Source: Bacteroidales bacterium (GTDB taxonomy: Bacteria > Bacteroidota > Bacteroidia > Bacteroidales > UBA1715). Taken from it: a stretch of DNA of 64,000 nucleotides. The translations under genes and the position numbers were made by a program. This document shows, piece by piece, positions 53,763 through 61,805 of the stretch (position 1 is the stretch's first letter; the number at the start of each line of letters is the position of its first letter). The notes below the pieces were generated by a model. That model was not told where the DNA came from and made no database searches. It saw nothing but the letters and a program-made list of their open reading frames with translations. The stretch covers positions 44,884 to 108,883 of the forward strand of contig DAIOSV010000001.1 of the NCBI GenBank assembly GCA_036752345.1. The letters run 5' to 3'.

Positions 53763-55603
53763 TTGATTTTTTGAAACACATATTCTCGTTCGACCCCAAC
53801 TCGCCGTTGCTGTTTACCCAATTTTATTTCTGGGTGTTTTTCGCCTTCGTGTTTGTCGTGTTTTCGTTGTTCAAGAGCAAAGTATTGTTGCGAAACACGT
53901 TCATTTTCTTCGTTAGCGTATTTTTCTATTACAAAACAAGCGGAGTAGCAACGCTCATATTGATTTTTGCCACCTTGTTCAACTATTGGTTGGGAATAAC
54001 AATAGAGCGGAGCGAAAGCGAACGACGTCGCACGAGGTATTTGTTGCTGGGCTTGGTGTTGAACTTGGGCACGCTCTGCTACTTCAAGTATTCGTATTTC
54101 TTTGCCGACATGGTGTATAACCTTGTGGGACTGCAAATGCCGGTGGTGAACGTGTTTGCGGAGATAGGCAACGTGTTTGCAGGCAAAGAGACGTTTACCA
54201 TTGATAAAATTATACTCCCCGTAGGTATTTCGTTCTACACGTTTCAGTGCATCAGTTACATAATGGACGTGTATCGGGAGAAGGTGAAGGCAGTTCAAAA
54301 TATCATGAATTTTGGCTTCTACGTTACGTTTTTCCCCCAATTGGTGGCGGGCCCTATTATTCGTGCCAGCGAATTTATTCCGCAGATATACAGAGAATAT
54401 ACACTCTCGCGCCGCCAGTTTGGAATAGCCGTGTTTTGGATATTGAACGGCTTAGCCAAGAAGATAATTTTGAGCGATTATTTGGCGGTGAATTTTGTTG
54501 ACCGCGTGTTCGACAATCCCTTGCTCTACACCGGATTTGAAAACCTTTTCGCATTGTTTGGTTACTCACTGCAAGTGTATGCCGATTTTTCGGGTTACAC
54601 CGATATAGCCATAGGTGTGGCAATGATTATGGGCTTTTATTTGCCGCGAAACTTTGATTCTCCTTATAAGGCAACCAATCCCGGCGAGTTTTGGAAACGG
54701 TGGCACATTTCCCTTTCCAAATGGTTGCAAGACTATTTATACATACCACTTGGCGGAAATCGCACCGCATCGGTGGGGACGTATGCTTGCATATTGACCA
54801 TTGCGCTCATCGGCACCATTTTGTCGGGCAGTATATGGGTGGCAATCATTCTCATAGCATTCGCTTTGATAGTAACGTTTTGGTGCCATCATTCACCCGA
54901 AAAGAAGAAATCGCTAACCTCAAACATGAACCGAATGAACACCATGTTGCTGGGCGGTTTATGGCACGGTGCAAGTTGGAACTTCATGATATGGGGCGGA
55001 CTCAACGGCATAGGCTTGGTGGTATACCGTTTCTGGAAAGATTTTGGACATCCTATGCGTTTGTTTATTATTTCTCTCGTCACCGCTACGTGTTTTGCAA
55101 TGTGCTTGTACTTCCCTGCGCCCATTTGGAATATTGCCTTGGCGTGGTCGGGTGCTATTTGGGTAGGCACATTTTTGCGGTTTTTGTACAACATAATTGG
55201 ATTCAAAAACCCATTGCCTGCACTTGAGCGAGCGTGGGCGGTATTGCAAACGTTTGTGTTCATTACATGGACGCGATTGTTTTTCCGTGCAGGTTCCAAT
55301 CTCGACCCAGCCGAAGCAAATGAAGTGGCATGGAGTACCGCCAAAAACATGGTGCAACAAATTGGTTCACCATGGGATTTGGCACAAGTGCCCGAAATAG
55401 CCCTCAGTTATGCCAATATACTGTTGCTTTTTGTCGCGGGAATGATAATTCACTGGCTGCCCGAAAACTTTAAACGCCGCTATCGGTTGTTCTTCTCGCG
55501 AATGCCTTTGCCTCTCATGGCACTGTGCGTGGCGTGCATTGTGTTTGTCATCTACCAATTCGTTACCGCCGATTTGCAGAAGTTTATTTATTTCCAGTTT
55601 TAA
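53756..55603 (+). CDS. MBOAT family membrane O-acyltransferase (AlgI/PatA/DltB-like)
   Basis: 615 aa, polytopic. FWKRWHISLSKWLQDYLYIPLGGNR and LLGGLWHGASWNF (catalytic His region) are MBOAT hallmarks. Longer than typical AlgI/PatA. Confidence 0.88.
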   Translation: MVVDFLKHIFSFDPNSPLLFTQFYFWVFFAFVFVVFSLFKSKVLLRNTFIFFVSVFFYYKTSGVATLILIFATLFNYWLGITIERSESERRRTRYLLLGLVLNLGTLCYFKYSYFFADMVYNLVGLQMPVVNVFAEIGNVFAGKETFTIDKIILPVGISFYTFQCISYIMDVYREKVKAVQNIMNFGFYVTFFPQLVAGPIIRASEFIPQIYREYTLSRRQFGIAVFWILNGLAKKIILSDYLAVNFVDRVFDNPLLYTGFENLFALFGYSLQVYADFSGYTDIAIGVAMIMGFYLPRNFDSPYKATNPGEFWKRWHISLSKWLQDYLYIPLGGNRTASVGTYACILTIALIGTILSGSIWVAIILIAFALIVTFWCHHSPEKKKSLTSNMNRMNTMLLGGLWHGASWNFMIWGGLNGIGLVVYRFWKDFGHPMRLFIISLVTATCFAMCLYFPAPIWNIALAWSGAIWVGTFLRFLYNIIGFKNPLPALERAWAVLQTFVFITWTRLFFRAGSNLDPAEANEVAWSTAKNMVQQIGSPWDLAQVPEIALSYANILLLFVAGMIIHWLPENFKRRYRLFFSRMPLPLMALCVACIVFVIYQFVTADLQKFIYFQF

Positions 55604-55614
55604 GGAAACAGATT

Positions 55615-55812
55615 CCCACCAGGGCGTCGTCATTCATAAATGAACGTTTTCGTTTCATACGGAGATTCCTCAGTCGCTATCGCTCCTTCGGAATGACGTG
55701 GCGGCAGCAGAGAGAGAAGGAGTAAGGTAACAAGGCGGCTGCGCCGCCTTGTTACCTTACCTTTTTCCCCACACCAAGGCGCCGTCATTCCGAGCGCAGC
55801 GAGGAATCTCCC
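55615..55812. repeat. Cluster of GC-rich REP/MITE-like palindromic repeat units
   Basis: Unit ..GGCGCCGTCATTCCGAGCGCAGCGAGGAATCTCCC lies at 55779-55812. An inverted copy GGAGATTCCTCAGTCGCTATCGCTCCTTCGGAATGACGTGGC lies at 55661-55702. A partial direct copy CCCACCAGGGCGTCGTCATTC at 55615-55635 matches CCCACACCAAGGCGCCGTCATTC at 55768-55790. An 18-bp perfect hairpin sits in the middle. Confidence 0.75.
55722..55766 (+). terminator. Very strong hairpin with T-tract; probable terminator of the SGNH-SGNH-MBOAT operon
   Basis: Perfect 18-bp stem GTAAGGTAACAAGGCGGC / GCCGCCTTGTTACCTTAC with a TGC loop (55722-55760), followed by CTTTTT. Confidence 0.7.
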
Positions 55813-55937
55813 TAGTACTGTAATGCGTTCCCAAAAAAGTGATATTTCAACCACATCTAGTATGATTGACATTAGAATTCCGTACGACAAAAACAACCCC
55901 GATGGGGTTGCATGTTAAAATACAAACACGTTTGCAT

Positions 55938-55965
55938 GTAGATACGCACCATGGTGCGTATCTAC
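55938..55965. repeat. Perfect 28-nt palindrome
   Basis: GTAGATACGCACCATGGTGCGTATCTAC is its own reverse complement. It is flanked by another hairpin (CAACCCCgatGGGGTTG, 55894-55910) and a TGCATGT direct repeat (55910-55916 and 55933-55939). Confidence 0.8.
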
Positions 55966-56018
55966 TCCTTCTGAGTTGGAGAGTGTATTCCAGAAACCTT
56001 TTATAACGGTATGTGCCT

Positions 56019-56057
56019 AAAACAAAAAAGGAACTGCTTTTTCAAGCAATTCCTTTT
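56019..56057 (-). terminator. Intrinsic terminator of tRNA-Arg
   Basis: Minus strand: AAAAGGAATTGCTT GAAA AAGCAGTTCCTTTT (13 bp, one mismatch) followed by TTTTTTGTTTT, starting 3 nt after the tRNA 3' end. Confidence 0.75.
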
Positions 56058-56059
56058 CG

Positions 56060-56134
56060 TGACTCCGGAGGGGTTCGAACCCCCAATCTTCTGATCCGTA
56101 GTCAGAGGCATTAATCCAATTGTGCTACGGAGCC
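56060..56134 (-). tRNA. tRNA-Arg (anticodon ACG)
   Basis: Minus strand GGCTCCGTAGCACAATTGGATTAATGCCTCTGACTACGGATCAGAAGATTGGGGGTTCGAACCCCTCCGGAGTCA. 7-bp acceptor stem (one G-U), anticodon stem TCTGA/TCAGA with loop CTACGGA, 5-nt variable loop, T-arm GGGGG-TTCGAAC-CCCTC. The D-stem is weak (3 bp plus a C-A mismatch). CCA is not encoded. Confidence 0.85.
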
Positions 56135-56149
56135 TTATTAAATATGGTG

Positions 56150-56178
56150 CAAATATAGACATTTTTTTTACGTGCAAA
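56150..56178 (-). promoter_or_regulatory. Candidate Bacteroidota promoter (-33 TTTG / -7 TATATTTG) for tRNA-Arg
   Basis: The minus strand reads TTTG (56178-56175), 17 nt, then TATATTTG (56157-56150), which ends 15 nt upstream of the tRNA 5' end. Confidence 0.5.
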
Positions 56179-56270
56179 CAATTCTGCTAATTTTTTTACC
56201 TACTATTTTTGTTGCCATTTAGTAAGAATATTTTACCTTTACTACATAATAGGATTTACGTTTTCGTAAA

Positions 56271-57101
56271 ATGGAGGATTTCAATCAAATACAACCCGCT
56301 AAAGAGCAAGATACCGTTGCTTCTTTGCAGTTGCAATTGCAGGAGTTGCGAGAGCGTGTTGAAAATCAGAAAAAAGAAATTCTTGAAGAAAAACGTAAAT
56401 GTGAGGACTTGTTGCACAACATGCTCCCTGATGAAATATACCACGAACTTCTTGTGTACGGCAAAGTTGTTCCCCAATTTTACAGAAATGTGACAGTCAT
56501 GTTTACGGATTTTGTGGGATTTACTTCCATGTGCGAGCACATAGAATTGAAGTCGATTATACAAGAACTCGATTCGCATTTCTCCAAGTTCGATGACATT
56601 TGTTCAGCTCATTATCTTGAAAAAATAAAAACCATTGGTGACGCATATATGTGTGTGGGCGGTCTGCCATTGCGCAACAATAGTCATCCAATCGATGCTA
56701 TTTTGGCTGCGGAAGAATTCATCCAATATGTTGATCAAATCAATAAGGAGAAAATTACTCGTGGCGAAGACCTATGGAGTGTACGCATAGGTATCCATAC
56801 CGGTTCGGTCATAGCCGGGGTGGTTGGAAAACGAAAATTTTTGTACGACATCTGGGGCGACACCGTGAATGTGGCAAGCCGCATGGAGTCGGCAAGCGAC
56901 CCGGATCGCATTAATATTTCTGGAACAACATATGACTATGTAAAAGATTTCTTCAAATGTACGTATCGTGGCAAAATTCCCGTTAAACATAAAGATGATG
57001 TAGATATGTATTATGTAGATGGATTTTTACCACAATATGCAACAGACGAAAAATGTTGTACCCCAAACAACGCATTTATAACAGCATTAAGAAAATTATA
57101 G
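56271..57101 (+). CDS. Class III adenylate/guanylate cyclase with only an N-terminal coiled coil
   Basis: 276 aa. Cyclase homology domain blocks VTVMFTDFVGFTSM, KTIGDAYMCVGGLP, RIGIHTGSVIAGVVG, YDIWGDTVNVASRMES. The N-terminus LQLQLQELRERVENQKKEILEEKRK is a coiled coil. No sensor or TM domain. Confidence 0.88.
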   Translation: MEDFNQIQPAKEQDTVASLQLQLQELRERVENQKKEILEEKRKCEDLLHNMLPDEIYHELLVYGKVVPQFYRNVTVMFTDFVGFTSMCEHIELKSIIQELDSHFSKFDDICSAHYLEKIKTIGDAYMCVGGLPLRNNSHPIDAILAAEEFIQYVDQINKEKITRGEDLWSVRIGIHTGSVIAGVVGKRKFLYDIWGDTVNVASRMESASDPDRINISGTTYDYVKDFFKCTYRGKIPVKHKDDVDMYYVDGFLPQYATDEKCCTPNNAFITALRKL

Positions 57102-57103
57102 AA

Positions 57104-57610
57104 ATGAAAAAATTATTGACTACTCTCGCACTCCTTTTAGGAGCCATCTCTGCCTTTTCGCAAATCAAATGGATATCGTTTGAAGAAGCGATGAATTTAT
57201 CAAAACAAGATGGGAAACCCATACTTATTGATGTCTATACGGATTGGTGCGGATGGTGCAAACGGCTTGACGCTACCACGTATAAAGACAGCGCAATAAT
57301 AGGGTATATCAACGAAAAATTTCATGCGGTAAAATTCAACGCAGAAACAAAAGAATCAATCAAATATCAAGATTCGGTGTATGTGAATAAAGGGAAAACT
57401 CATGACTTGGCTCTCAAATTGATGAATGGACAGGCAAGTTACCCGACTACAATCTATATTGTGCCACAAAAACAAATAATTGCGCCTATTCCAGGGTATC
57501 AAACGCGTGATAATATTCAGCCGTTTTTGTTTTATTTTGGCGAAGCCGTGTATGATATGACTACCACTTGGGATTGCTTCCTCAAAGGATTTAATGCTCC
57601 TAAATTATAA
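57104..57610 (+). CDS. Exported thioredoxin-fold protein (CxxC)
   Basis: Start moved to MKKLLTTLALLLGAISAFSQ (ATG 57104, 3 nt after the cyclase stop). DVYTDWCGWCKRLD active-site-like motif. Confidence 0.8.
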   Translation: MKKLLTTLALLLGAISAFSQIKWISFEEAMNLSKQDGKPILIDVYTDWCGWCKRLDATTYKDSAIIGYINEKFHAVKFNAETKESIKYQDSVYVNKGKTHDLALKLMNGQASYPTTIYIVPQKQIIAPIPGYQTRDNIQPFLFYFGEAVYDMTTTWDCFLKGFNAPKL

Positions 57611-57619
57611 TATTCATAC

Positions 57620-58348
57620 ATGAATAACACCACAATTGCAAGTATTGACTTGACCAAAATTTTGTTTCTTGACATTGAAACGGTGCCGCAGCACGTATCA
57701 GTGTCTGAACTTTCGGAGGCGGAATTGGCTCTCTGGAATAAAAAATCACAGCGCTTGCGCGAAGAGGACATGAGTGACGAGGATCTTTATAAAAAAGCGG
57801 GAATCTTTGCCGAGTTTGGGAAAATCGTGTGCATTTCGGTTGCCTATATGCGCAAGGTTTCAAACGAATACGAACTTCGCGTGCGCTCGTTTTATGACGA
57901 CGACGAACGAAAACTGCTCACCGATTTTATGGAATTGGTGAATATGTATTTCAATACCAAGAAAACGTATTTCTGTGCTCACAACGGCTATGAATTTGAT
58001 TTTCCGTACATTGCCCGTCGTGCGTTGATTCTCGGCATTAAAGTTCCGAGTACCTTGGATACGCGAGGAAAAAAGCCGTGGGAAATTCAGCATCTTGATA
58101 CGCTTGATTTATGGCGTTTTGCCGATTATAAAAATTATACCTCGTTGGCCTTGCTTGCCCACGTGTTTGGCATTCCAACGCCCAAAGACGACATAGATGG
58201 TTCGCAGGTGGGTGATGTGTATTGGAAAGAAAATAATCTGCAACGAATTGCCACCTATTGCCAGAAAGACGTGGTTACCGTGGCGCAGTTGTTTAGAAAA
58301 TATCGTAGTGAGGAATTGATTCCTGAAAATAAAATAATTTACGTGTAA
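57620..58348 (+). CDS. DEDDy 3'-5' exonuclease related to the family-B polymerase exonuclease domain
   Basis: 242 aa. ExoI ILFLDIETVP, ExoII AHNGYEFDFPYI, ExoIII YCQKDV. Confidence 0.75.
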   Translation: MNNTTIASIDLTKILFLDIETVPQHVSVSELSEAELALWNKKSQRLREEDMSDEDLYKKAGIFAEFGKIVCISVAYMRKVSNEYELRVRSFYDDDERKLLTDFMELVNMYFNTKKTYFCAHNGYEFDFPYIARRALILGIKVPSTLDTRGKKPWEIQHLDTLDLWRFADYKNYTSLALLAHVFGIPTPKDDIDGSQVGDVYWKENNLQRIATYCQKDVVTVAQLFRKYRSEELIPENKIIYV

Positions 58349-58350
58349 AC

Positions 58351-59400
58351 ATGAGTGTACAAAAACGTTTTCCGGCAGAGTGGGAACCTCAAGATTGTGT
58401 ACAACTGACGTGGCCGCATCGCGCTACCGATTTTGCAGATGTGTATGAGAGTGCTGTTGCCTGTTTTGTAAATATAGCCAAAGCCATAAGCTCCTACCAA
58501 AAGTTACTGATTGCCTGCAAATCCGTTGCTGAGGTAAAGAAAGAACTTGGCTCGGTGTACAACAAAAATATAACCTTGATAGAAGTTGATACCAACGACG
58601 TTTGGGCGCGCGACCATGGCGCTATTACCGTGTACGAAGATGGCAAGCCGGTGTTGTACGATTTCACGTTTAACGGCTGGGGGCAAAAATTCCCGGCAGA
58701 GAAAGACAATAAAATCACCGAACAACTTTATAAAAAAGGTTGTTTTTCGGAAGCTGGCTACCGTGCGTTCCCTGATTTTGTGCTCGAAGGTGGTTCAATA
58801 GAAACCGATGGCAAAGGAATCATGCTTACGACCGAATCATGTTTGTTGAGTAAATTCCGCAATCCGTCAATGACAAAAGCCGACATAGAGCAGTTTTTGA
58901 AACAAACATTCAACATACAGCGAGTGCTTTGGCTTGCACACGGCGAGCTTGCCGGTGACGATACCGACGGACACATAGATACGCTTGCGCGCATAGTGAA
59001 TGAGCAAACTATTGCTTACGTTTCGTGTGACGATGCGAACGACGAACATTTTGCCGAACTGCAGACGATGAAAAAAGAACTCGAAGCGTTTGTAACAGCC
59101 GAAGGCAAACCATATACGTTGATTCCGTTACCAATGGCTTCGGCAAAATTTGACGAAGACGGAAGTCGGATACCGGCCACTTATGCAAATTTCTTGATTA
59201 TGAATGAAGTGGTACTTTTGCCAATCTACGATTGTGCCACCGATGCCAAAGCAATTGAGACAATAAAAAATACGTTCGCAAATAAGAAAATTTTGCCAAT
59301 TGATTGTTCTGTATTACTTTTGCAACACGGTTCATTGCATTGTGTGACTATGCAATATCCGCAAGGAGTGTTATCTAACAATGGTGCGAATGGAAAATAA
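58351..59400 (+). CDS. aguA: Agmatine deiminase
   Basis: 349 aa. FPAEWEPQ, VWARDHGAI, GGSIETDG, DGHIDT and the C-terminal GSLHCVTMQ catalytic-Cys block. Confidence 0.92.
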   Translation: MSVQKRFPAEWEPQDCVQLTWPHRATDFADVYESAVACFVNIAKAISSYQKLLIACKSVAEVKKELGSVYNKNITLIEVDTNDVWARDHGAITVYEDGKPVLYDFTFNGWGQKFPAEKDNKITEQLYKKGCFSEAGYRAFPDFVLEGGSIETDGKGIMLTTESCLLSKFRNPSMTKADIEQFLKQTFNIQRVLWLAHGELAGDDTDGHIDTLARIVNEQTIAYVSCDDANDEHFAELQTMKKELEAFVTAEGKPYTLIPLPMASAKFDEDGSRIPATYANFLIMNEVVLLPIYDCATDAKAIETIKNTFANKKILPIDCSVLLLQHGSLHCVTMQYPQGVLSNNGANGK

Positions 59401-60277
59401 TATAAAAGTTGGTTTAGTTCAACAGTCTGTTGGTACAGAGATAGCAAACAATACACAAAAACTTGTGGCAAACATTCGTGATTGTGCACAACGAGGAGCA
59501 AAATTGGTTGTACTTCAGGAATTACACAACACACCATATTTTTGTCAGGTAGAAGATGTTGCAAATTTCGACTTGGCAGAACCGATTCCGGGCAAATCTA
59601 CCGCATTATATTCTTCAGTAGCGAAAGAACTCAAAATAGTGTTGGTAACGTCGTTGTTCGAAAAACGAGCAGCCGGTGTGTATCACAATACCGCTGTGGT
59701 TTTTGATAGTGATGGTCATATAGCCGGAACGTATCGCAAAATGCATATTCCAGATGACCCGGCATATTACGAGAAATTTTATTTCACTCCCGGTGATTTG
59801 GGTTTTGAGCCAATTAAAACCTCAATAGGAACCTTGGGCGTGTTAGTGTGTTGGGATCAATGGTATCCCGAAGCAGCACGTTTAATGGCACTTCGCGGTG
59901 CCGATATGTTGATTTACCCAACCGCAATAGGATGGGAGTCAACTGATGCGCAAGACGAGAAAAATCGTCAGCGCGATGCTTGGATGATTTCGCAACGCGG
60001 ACATGCCGTAGCAAATGGTTTGCCCGTAATTTCGGTGAATCGTATAGGATGGGAAAAAGACCCTTCGGGGCAAACAAATGGAATACAATTTTGGGGCAGC
60101 AGTTTTGTGGCTGGACCTCAAGGAGAAATAGTTGCGCAAGCATCAGATGCTACCGAAGAAAATTTGGTGGCAGACGTTTCACTTTCTCGTTCGGAAAACG
60201 TGCGCCGCATTTGGCCGTTCTTCCGCGATCGTCGTATTGATGCCTACGGCAACATACTTAAACGTTTTAATAATTAG
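59390..60277 (+). CDS. aguB: N-carbamoylputrescine amidase (nitrilase superfamily)
   Basis: ATG at 59390 (MENNIKVGLVQQ) is preferred; the track starts at 59381. E-K-C triad context (LQELH.., YRKMHIPD, VLVCWDQWYPEAAR). Overlaps the aguA 3' end. Confidence 0.9.
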   Translation: MENNIKVGLVQQSVGTEIANNTQKLVANIRDCAQRGAKLVVLQELHNTPYFCQVEDVANFDLAEPIPGKSTALYSSVAKELKIVLVTSLFEKRAAGVYHNTAVVFDSDGHIAGTYRKMHIPDDPAYYEKFYFTPGDLGFEPIKTSIGTLGVLVCWDQWYPEAARLMALRGADMLIYPTAIGWESTDAQDEKNRQRDAWMISQRGHAVANGLPVISVNRIGWEKDPSGQTNGIQFWGSSFVAGPQGEIVAQASDATEENLVADVSLSRSENVRRIWPFFRDRRIDAYGNILKRFNN

Positions 60278-60280
60278 CCT

Positions 60281-61021
60281 ATGATTGAAAAATCTATATA
60301 TCCTTTTACAATATTTACACACGATTTGGATTTTACCTCGAAAGCATCGCTTTTGACGATTGGAAATCTATTTATGAACGTGGCTGGGATTGATTCTCAT
60401 TCCAAAGGATTTGGAATAGATGAAATTCACGATAAAAATTTAGCCTGGGTAGCATTGCGTATTCGCATCAAAATGAATCGTTATCCGGAATTGTTAGAAA
60501 AAGTTTCTATTCAAACATGGATAGAAAACTGGTCTCGATTCGCAACGCAACGTAATTGCATTATTTATGGAAAAGAAGGGGAAAATATCGGAGAAATAGC
60601 GTCAGTATTCACTCTTATAGATTTCAAATTGCGTCAAACAGTAAATATGCAAGAACAATTGGGAGAGTATGAAAAATTCGTTATTCCTGATGTGTTAGAT
60701 TTGGGCTGTCCCAATAAGGTTAGAACATTGCAAAATGCAACTCTTGTTGGTACTCGCACAGTTGCATACAACGATATCGATAGCAACATGCACGTAAACA
60801 GTTTTCGCTATGTGGCATGGGTTCTCGACACTATTCCTCTTGAAACATATAAACAAAACAAAATTGCCGATTTTGAAATAAATTATATTCACGAGGTTTT
60901 GTATGGAGAGACGGTTTCTATTTACAGTGAAAAAGTAGATGAAAATGTCGTTGTTTTTGACATCAGAAACGCAGAAGGGCTCTCAATGAATCGTTGTAAA
61001 TTTACTTTCGAAAAACGATGA
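60281..61021 (+). CDS. Acyl-ACP thioesterase (double hot-dog)
   Basis: 246 aa. LAWVALRIRIKMNRYP and DIDSNMHVNSFRYVAWVLD blocks typical of FatA/B-like bacterial acyl-ACP thioesterases. Confidence 0.85.
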   Translation: MIEKSIYPFTIFTHDLDFTSKASLLTIGNLFMNVAGIDSHSKGFGIDEIHDKNLAWVALRIRIKMNRYPELLEKVSIQTWIENWSRFATQRNCIIYGKEGENIGEIASVFTLIDFKLRQTVNMQEQLGEYEKFVIPDVLDLGCPNKVRTLQNATLVGTRTVAYNDIDSNMHVNSFRYVAWVLDTIPLETYKQNKIADFEINYIHEVLYGETVSIYSEKVDENVVVFDIRNAEGLSMNRCKFTFEKR

Positions 61022-61803
61022 GCAAAAATCTTGTCCGGGCAAAAAAACAATTAGGACAACATTTTTTAAAAAGTAGCGATACTGCTCGGCGTATTGCAGA
61101 AACATTACCTATACGGTGTGAAAATTGTCTTGAAATAGGTCCCGGTATGGGCATACTCACAGAGCAGCTAAAGTCACAACAGATTAATTTAAAAGTGGTT
61201 GAAGTTGATGGCGAATCAATAGACTATTTGTTGCGTAATGGGGTGGTCAATCAAGACCAGTGCATCTTTGGAGATTTTCTTCGCATGCCGGTACAAGAGT
61301 TTTTTTGTGGGCAAGAATTTATGGTTGTTGGAAATTTTCCGTACAACATTTCAAGTCAAATTCTATTTAAAGTAATAGAAAACAGAGAATTAGTACCATC
61401 GTTAGCCGGAATGTTTCAGCGTGAGGTTGCAAAACGAATTTGCTCACCTGCAGGCTCAAAAGAATACGGAATTTTATCTGTGTTGATACAAGCGTTTTAC
61501 GATACCGCATACCATTTTACTGTTGAAGAATACGAATTTAATCCGCCACCAAAGGTAAAATCGGGTGTTCTTTCTATGGTACGAAAAGAAAATTATACCT
61601 TGCCTTGCAGTGAGCGCTTATTTTTCGAGGTTGTTAAGACCAGCTTCAATCAAAGGCGAAAAACTTTGAATAATTCATTAAAAAAAATACTCAAAGAGAA
61701 AAAATTAGAAGAAAAAATCGGACTTTTGCGGCCTGAACAATTATCGGTAACCGATTTTGTTCAAATCACTAATTTTATAGATACTACAGTGGAAGGAGGT
61801 TGA
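61018..61803 (+). CDS. rsmA: 16S rRNA (adenine1518/1519-N6)-dimethyltransferase
   Basis: 261 aa. KKQLGQHFL, EIGPGMGILT, VGNFPYNISS. ATGA overlap with the thioesterase gene. Confidence 0.93.
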   Translation: MSKNLVRAKKQLGQHFLKSSDTARRIAETLPIRCENCLEIGPGMGILTEQLKSQQINLKVVEVDGESIDYLLRNGVVNQDQCIFGDFLRMPVQEFFCGQEFMVVGNFPYNISSQILFKVIENRELVPSLAGMFQREVAKRICSPAGSKEYGILSVLIQAFYDTAYHFTVEEYEFNPPPKVKSGVLSMVRKENYTLPCSERLFFEVVKTSFNQRRKTLNNSLKKILKEKKLEEKIGLLRPEQLSVTDFVQITNFIDTTVEGG

Positions 61804-61805
61804 AT

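Noticed and set aside
53708-55360. Long alternative-frame/antisense ORFs inside the MBOAT gene (210 aa minus, 178 aa plus, 153 and 133 aa minus)
   Set aside because: The MBOAT frame carries unmistakable family motifs and a continuous TM-helix pattern. The others are His/Arg/Cys-rich shadow frames favoured by the locally higher G+C.
47759-55603. Possible higher-G+C horizontally acquired island next to tRNA-Arg
   Set aside because: Hand counts of single 60-nt lines gave about 48-52% G+C in the peroxidase, BASS and SGNH genes. However, korA and the EF-hand gene gave the same values, and the acyltransferase gene gave about 37%. The heterogeneity is gene-by-gene. There is no integrase and no att-like duplicate of the tRNA 3' end. 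This needs a proper sliding-window and codon-usage analysis.
55525-55896. Track ORFs 55525..55725 (+) and 55630..55896 (-) in the MBOAT/tRNA spacer
   Set aside because: Both simply read through the palindromic repeat units, so complementary repeats yield pseudo-peptides. There is no start context. They are treated as non-coding repeat DNA.
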